NCBI GenBank assembly: GCA_035703635.1
Contig: DASSXV010000013.1
Coordinates: 1 to 25,993 of the forward strand
Source of the DNA: Trueperaceae bacterium
Lineage (GTDB): Bacteria > Deinococcota > Deinococci > Deinococcales > Trueperaceae
DNA length: 25,993 bases
Direction of reading: 5' to 3'
Below are positions 22,708 to 25,993 of this stretch, piece after piece. The notes beneath the pieces were generated by a model. The model was given only the letters and a program-made list of their open reading frames with translations, was not told the origin of the DNA and made no database searches. The position numbers and the translations under genes are program-made. Within the stretch, counting starts at the first letter, position 1, and every line of letters begins with the position of its first letter.

Positions 22708-25700
22708 TTAGAAGGGCGTCTCACTCTGCGCTTCTACCTTGCGTTGCTGCCACGGGTTGGTCGGACGCTCGGCCAGCAGCGCGTAACGGTCGACGGTGAC
22801 GCGGGCATCCAGCCACGGACACGTCAGCTTGAGTTCCTCCAGCGCAGCCGGGTCGATCGCGGAACCCGTGAGGCTGTAAAGGACCTGATCGGCGCCGACC
22901 TCGAGCGCCAAACGCACGGGAGTCCGGCCGGAGTGCTCGTCGAGCAGCGACCTGAGCTCGACGAGCTGATCACGCCCCACCTGCGCCACATCGAAGGTGA
23001 GGAGCGCCACCTCAGGCGCCCCGCCCTGCGACGCCGCCCTCGTGTCCCAACGGATGAGGCGCTCGACCACGATGCGCACGCCGTCACCCTCCTCCGCGAG
23101 CTCGACGAGGGCAACGACGGGCGCGTCCTCTTCCAGTAGCGGCGCGACGGAGTCGAACGTGCGGCCGAACGCGAGCACCTCGCACGCGCCGGTCTCGTCC
23201 GCAACCTGGAAGCGCGCCATCATGCCGCCCTTGCGGGTGGGCCGCTTCTCGACGTTCTGCAGCAGCCCGGCAAGCACGAGGCGCAACCGGCCAGTGCCAC
23301 CTGCCTGCAAGAACTCTTTGAAGCGCCTGTCGACGCCGGCCGCGGTCTCGGACGCAGCGTCGGCTAGCCCAAGGTAGGTGCCCATCGGGTGGGCGCTCAG
23401 GTAGAGCCCAAGGGCCTCCTTCTCGAAGCGCAACATGGTCAGGTCATCGAGCGCGGGGGCGTCTGCGAGCACGGGCGGCGCCACTTCCTCGGCGCCGAAC
23501 AGCCCGAACTGCCCCGAGGCGGCCTGCTCGCGCTGCGCCGCTCCCCACTTCATGGCCATCTCCACGTTGGCGAGCAGCAGATGCCGGGTCTCCGGACCGC
23601 CCGCCTTGGCGCGGCCGGCGCCAGCGAACGAGTCCATCGCGCCCGCCTTGACGAGGTACTCGATGGCGCGGCGGTTGACGACCGTCGTGTCAACCCTCTC
23701 GCAGAAGTCGAAGAGGTCCTTGAACTTGCCTCCGCGGTCGCGTTCGGCAAGCAGGTGGTCGACGGCGGTATCGCCGAGGTTCTTGATGCCGTAAAGCCCG
23801 AAGCGCACCACCCCGTCAACCGGGGTGAAGTCGCCACGTGACGCGTTGATGTCGGGGGCCAGCACCGAGATGTCTAGGTGGCGAGCGTCACCGACGTACT
23901 GCGCCACCTTGTCGGAGTCGCCGCGCTCCACGGTAAGGAGGGCGGCCGCGAACTCCACCGGGTAGTGAGCCTTGAGGTACGCCGTCTGGTAGGAGAGAAC
24001 CGCGTAGGCGGCCGCGTGCGACTTGTTGAAGCCGTAGTTGGCGAAGCGCTCCAGCAAGTCGAAGATGCGCCCGGACTCCGCCTGGCTGATGCCGTTCTTC
24101 GCCGCGCCTTCACGGAACAGGGAGCGGTGCTTGACCATCTCCTCCAGCTTCTTCTTGCCCATCGCGCGGCGCAGCAGGTCGGCCTCACCCAGGCTGTAAC
24201 CGGCGACTACCTGGGCGATCTGCATGATCTGCTCCTGGTAGACGGGGATGCCGTACGTCTCCTCGAGGATGGGCGCAAGCAACGGCTCGGCGGCCGGAAA
24301 ATCGCTGTAGTCAACGGGCTCAAGCCCGTGGTGGCGGCGGATGTAGGTCGGGATGTTCTCCATCGGCCCTGGCCGGAACAGCGCACCTACCGCGATGAGG
24401 TCCTGGATGCGCCGCGGCTTGAGCCGCCTGAGGGTGTCGATCATGCCAGAGCTATCGAACTGGAACACGCCAGCTGACTCACCGCGCGCGAGGAGCTCGA
24501 AGGTGGCCGCGTCCTCCTCAGGGAACGCGTCAGGGTCGAGGTCGATGCCGCGCGACTCCTTGATGATGCGCACCGCTGCTTCGATGAACGACAGGGTGCG
24601 CAGGCCAAGGAAGTCCATCTTGATGAAGCCAAGCTCCTCGATGGAACCCATGTCGTACTGACACACGATCGGGCCCTCACCCGAGCGGAACACGGGCGCG
24701 AGTTCCTGCACCTCGTGCCGCGCGATGATCACGCCGGCAGCGTGCACCGAGGCGTGGCGCGTGAGGCCCTCCAGCTGCCGCGCGACGTCTACGTAACTGC
24801 TGGCGCCCGCGTCGTACGCCTCCTTGAGCTCAGGCACGTCCTCGAGGGCCTTGTCGATCGGGATGCTGCGCCCGAACCTCGTGGGGATGAGCTTGGCGAG
24901 CTTGTCTGCCTCGGCGTACGGTGCCTCCATCACGCGGGCGGCGTCCTTGATGGCGGCTCGCGAAGCCAGCGTTCCGAACGTGGCGATCAGTGCGACCTTC
25001 TCGTGTCCGTACTTCTCGCGGACGTAGTCGATGACCTCGCCGCGCCGGATGTCGGAGAAATCGATGTCGAAGTCAGGCATGCTGACGCGGTCAGGGTTGA
25101 GGAACCGCTCGAAGAGGAGCCCGAACGCCAACGGGTCGATGTTGGTGATGCCGAGGGCGTACGCCACGATCGAACCGGCACCGGAACCGCGCCCCGGCCC
25201 TACCGCGATGCCGTTCTTCTTCGCCCAGTTGATAAAGTCGGCCACGATGAGGAAGTAGTCGGGGAAGCCCATCGCGACGATGACGCCAAGCTCGAACTCG
25301 ACGCGCTCTAGCACCACCTTCGCCTTGGCGTCCGCGCTCGACGCCGCGAACTCCTCGAGGTGCGGGTAGAGGTAGCGGGGGAAGTTCTCTCCCTCGCCAA
25401 GGGGCTGCCTCCCCGCCTCACCCGAGCGCGCGACGCCGAGCAGCACCTCGTCAAGCGGGCGCGTGCTCGCTTGCTCGACGCCACTGGCGGCCGCGTATGC
25501 ACGCATGGCGGTCTCGTCGAGGAGCGGGTAGCGCTGCATGACGCCGCGGTAAGCGTCGATGCGCAACTGTTCGGCCAGGGTGATGCCTGGCGGCAGCTTC
25601 AGCTCCGGCATCTGGTACACGCGCCTGCTGCCGATAGGCAAGTCGACGTTGCACATCGCCGCCACCACGTTCGTGTTCGCGAGCGCGCTTGGGTACTCCG

Positions 25701-25992
25701 CTTCAGGCAGCACGGCGGCCATCTCGGCCGGGCTCTTCACGTAGAACTCGTCGCACGGGAAGCGCATGCGGTCGTCGTCGCTCACGAGCGCCTTCGTACC
25801 GATGGCGAGGAGGACGTCGTGCGCGTGCGCGTCGGTCTTCCGCACGTAGTGGCCGTCGTTGGTCGCCACCATGCCGATGCCGTGCTTGGTTGCGAACTCC
25901 TTCAGGATGGGGTTGAGGCGGCGCTGCTCCTCGAGCCCGTGGTCCTGCAACTCGACGAAGAAGTTGTCGCCGAAGATGTTCAGGTGCTCGAG
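22708..25992 (-). CDS. dnaE: DNA polymerase III alpha subunit (5' end outside the window)
   Basis: PHP motifs (VELQDHG, ATNDGHY, HDVLLAI), GPGRGSGAGS, SMPDFDIDF, KMDFLGL, YGFNKSHAAAY, OB-fold region. Frame is open to the window edge. Confidence 0.98.
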   Translation of the reverse strand, partial: LEHLNIFGDNFFVELQDHGLEEQRRLNPILKEFATKHGIGMVATNDGHYVRKTDAHAHDVLLAIGTKALVSDDDRMRFPCDEFYVKSPAEMAAVLPEAEYPSALANTNVVAAMCNVDLPIGSRRVYQMPELKLPPGITLAEQLRIDAYRGVMQRYPLLDETAMRAYAAASGVEQASTRPLDEVLLGVARSGEAGRQPLGEGENFPRYLYPHLEEFAASSADAKAKVVLERVEFELGVIVAMGFPDYFLIVADFINWAKKNGIAVGPGRGSGAGSIVAYALGITNIDPLAFGLLFERFLNPDRVSMPDFDIDFSDIRRGEVIDYVREKYGHEKVALIATFGTLASRAAIKDAARVMEAPYAEADKLAKLIPTRFGRSIPIDKALEDVPELKEAYDAGASSYVDVARQLEGLTRHASVHAAGVIIARHEVQELAPVFRSGEGPIVCQYDMGSIEELGFIKMDFLGLRTLSFIEAAVRIIKESRGIDLDPDAFPEEDAATFELLARGESAGVFQFDSSGMIDTLRRLKPRRIQDLIAVGALFRPGPMENIPTYIRRHHGLEPVDYSDFPAAEPLLAPILEETYGIPVYQEQIMQIAQVVAGYSLGEADLLRRAMGKKKLEEMVKHRSLFREGAAKNGISQAESGRIFDLLERFANYGFNKSHAAAYAVLSYQTAYLKAHYPVEFAAALLTVERGDSDKVAQYVGDARHLDISVLAPDINASRGDFTPVDGVVRFGLYGIKNLGDTAVDHLLAERDRGGKFKDLFDFCERVDTTVVNRRAIEYLVKAGAMDSFAGAGRAKAGGPETRHLLLANVEMAMKWGAAQREQAASGQFGLFGAEEVAPPVLADAPALDDLTMLRFEKEALGLYLSAHPMGTYLGLADAASETAAGVDRRFKEFLQAGGTGRLRLVLAGLLQNVEKRPTRKGGMMARFQVADETGACEVLAFGRTFDSVAPLLEEDAPVVALVELAEEGDGVRIVVERLIRWDTRAASQGGAPEVALLTFDVAQVGRDQLVELRSLLDEHSGRTPVRLALEVGADQVLYSLTGSAIDPAALEELKLTCPWLDARVTVDRYALLAERPTNPWQQRKVEAQSETPF

Positions 25993-25993
25993 C

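Noticed and set aside
22708-25992. Intein or split in dnaE
   Set aside because: The common insertion site region YGFNKSH is uninterrupted, and no C...HN intein boundaries or LAGLIDADG motifs were seen in the visible part.
1-25993. CRISPR array, IS element or defence system
   Set aside because: No regularly spaced 25-40 nt repeats, terminal inverted repeats, or nuclease/transposase-like ORFs were seen. DprA here is the standard competence type with a winged-helix tail.

Overview
High-GC bacterial chromosomal window, most likely Deinococcota, possibly Truepera-like. This is an inference from the many leaderless genes with a -10 box 6-7 nt before the start codon, the long Thermus/Deinococcus-type insertion in DnaE, and a Thermus-style AdoMetDC homologue. 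The core content is housekeeping: tRNA-Met(CAT), tRNA-Leu(TAA), glpK, a malEFG-type sugar ABC transporter without ATPase, dprA, cysS, yigZ, thrS, two tandem cyclophilins, a PilT/PilU ATPase and a 5'-truncated dnaE. No mobile element, CRISPR array or intein is visible. The most interesting signals are: (i) leaderless short ORFs carrying cognate amino-acid codons in front of both cysS and thrS, each in a near-identical divergent promoter arrangement (candidate leader-peptide control of aminoacyl-tRNA synthetases); (ii) three enzyme homologues with substituted catalytic residues (AdoMetDC-like, AroE-like, NAGPA-like); (iii) a translationally coupled three-gene membrane-protein operon of unknown function; (iv) a membrane-anchored cyclophilin with a CorC/HlyC-like inserted domain; (v) an apparent non-canonical ATA start for malF. 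All family assignments come from motif recognition by eye, not from database searches.
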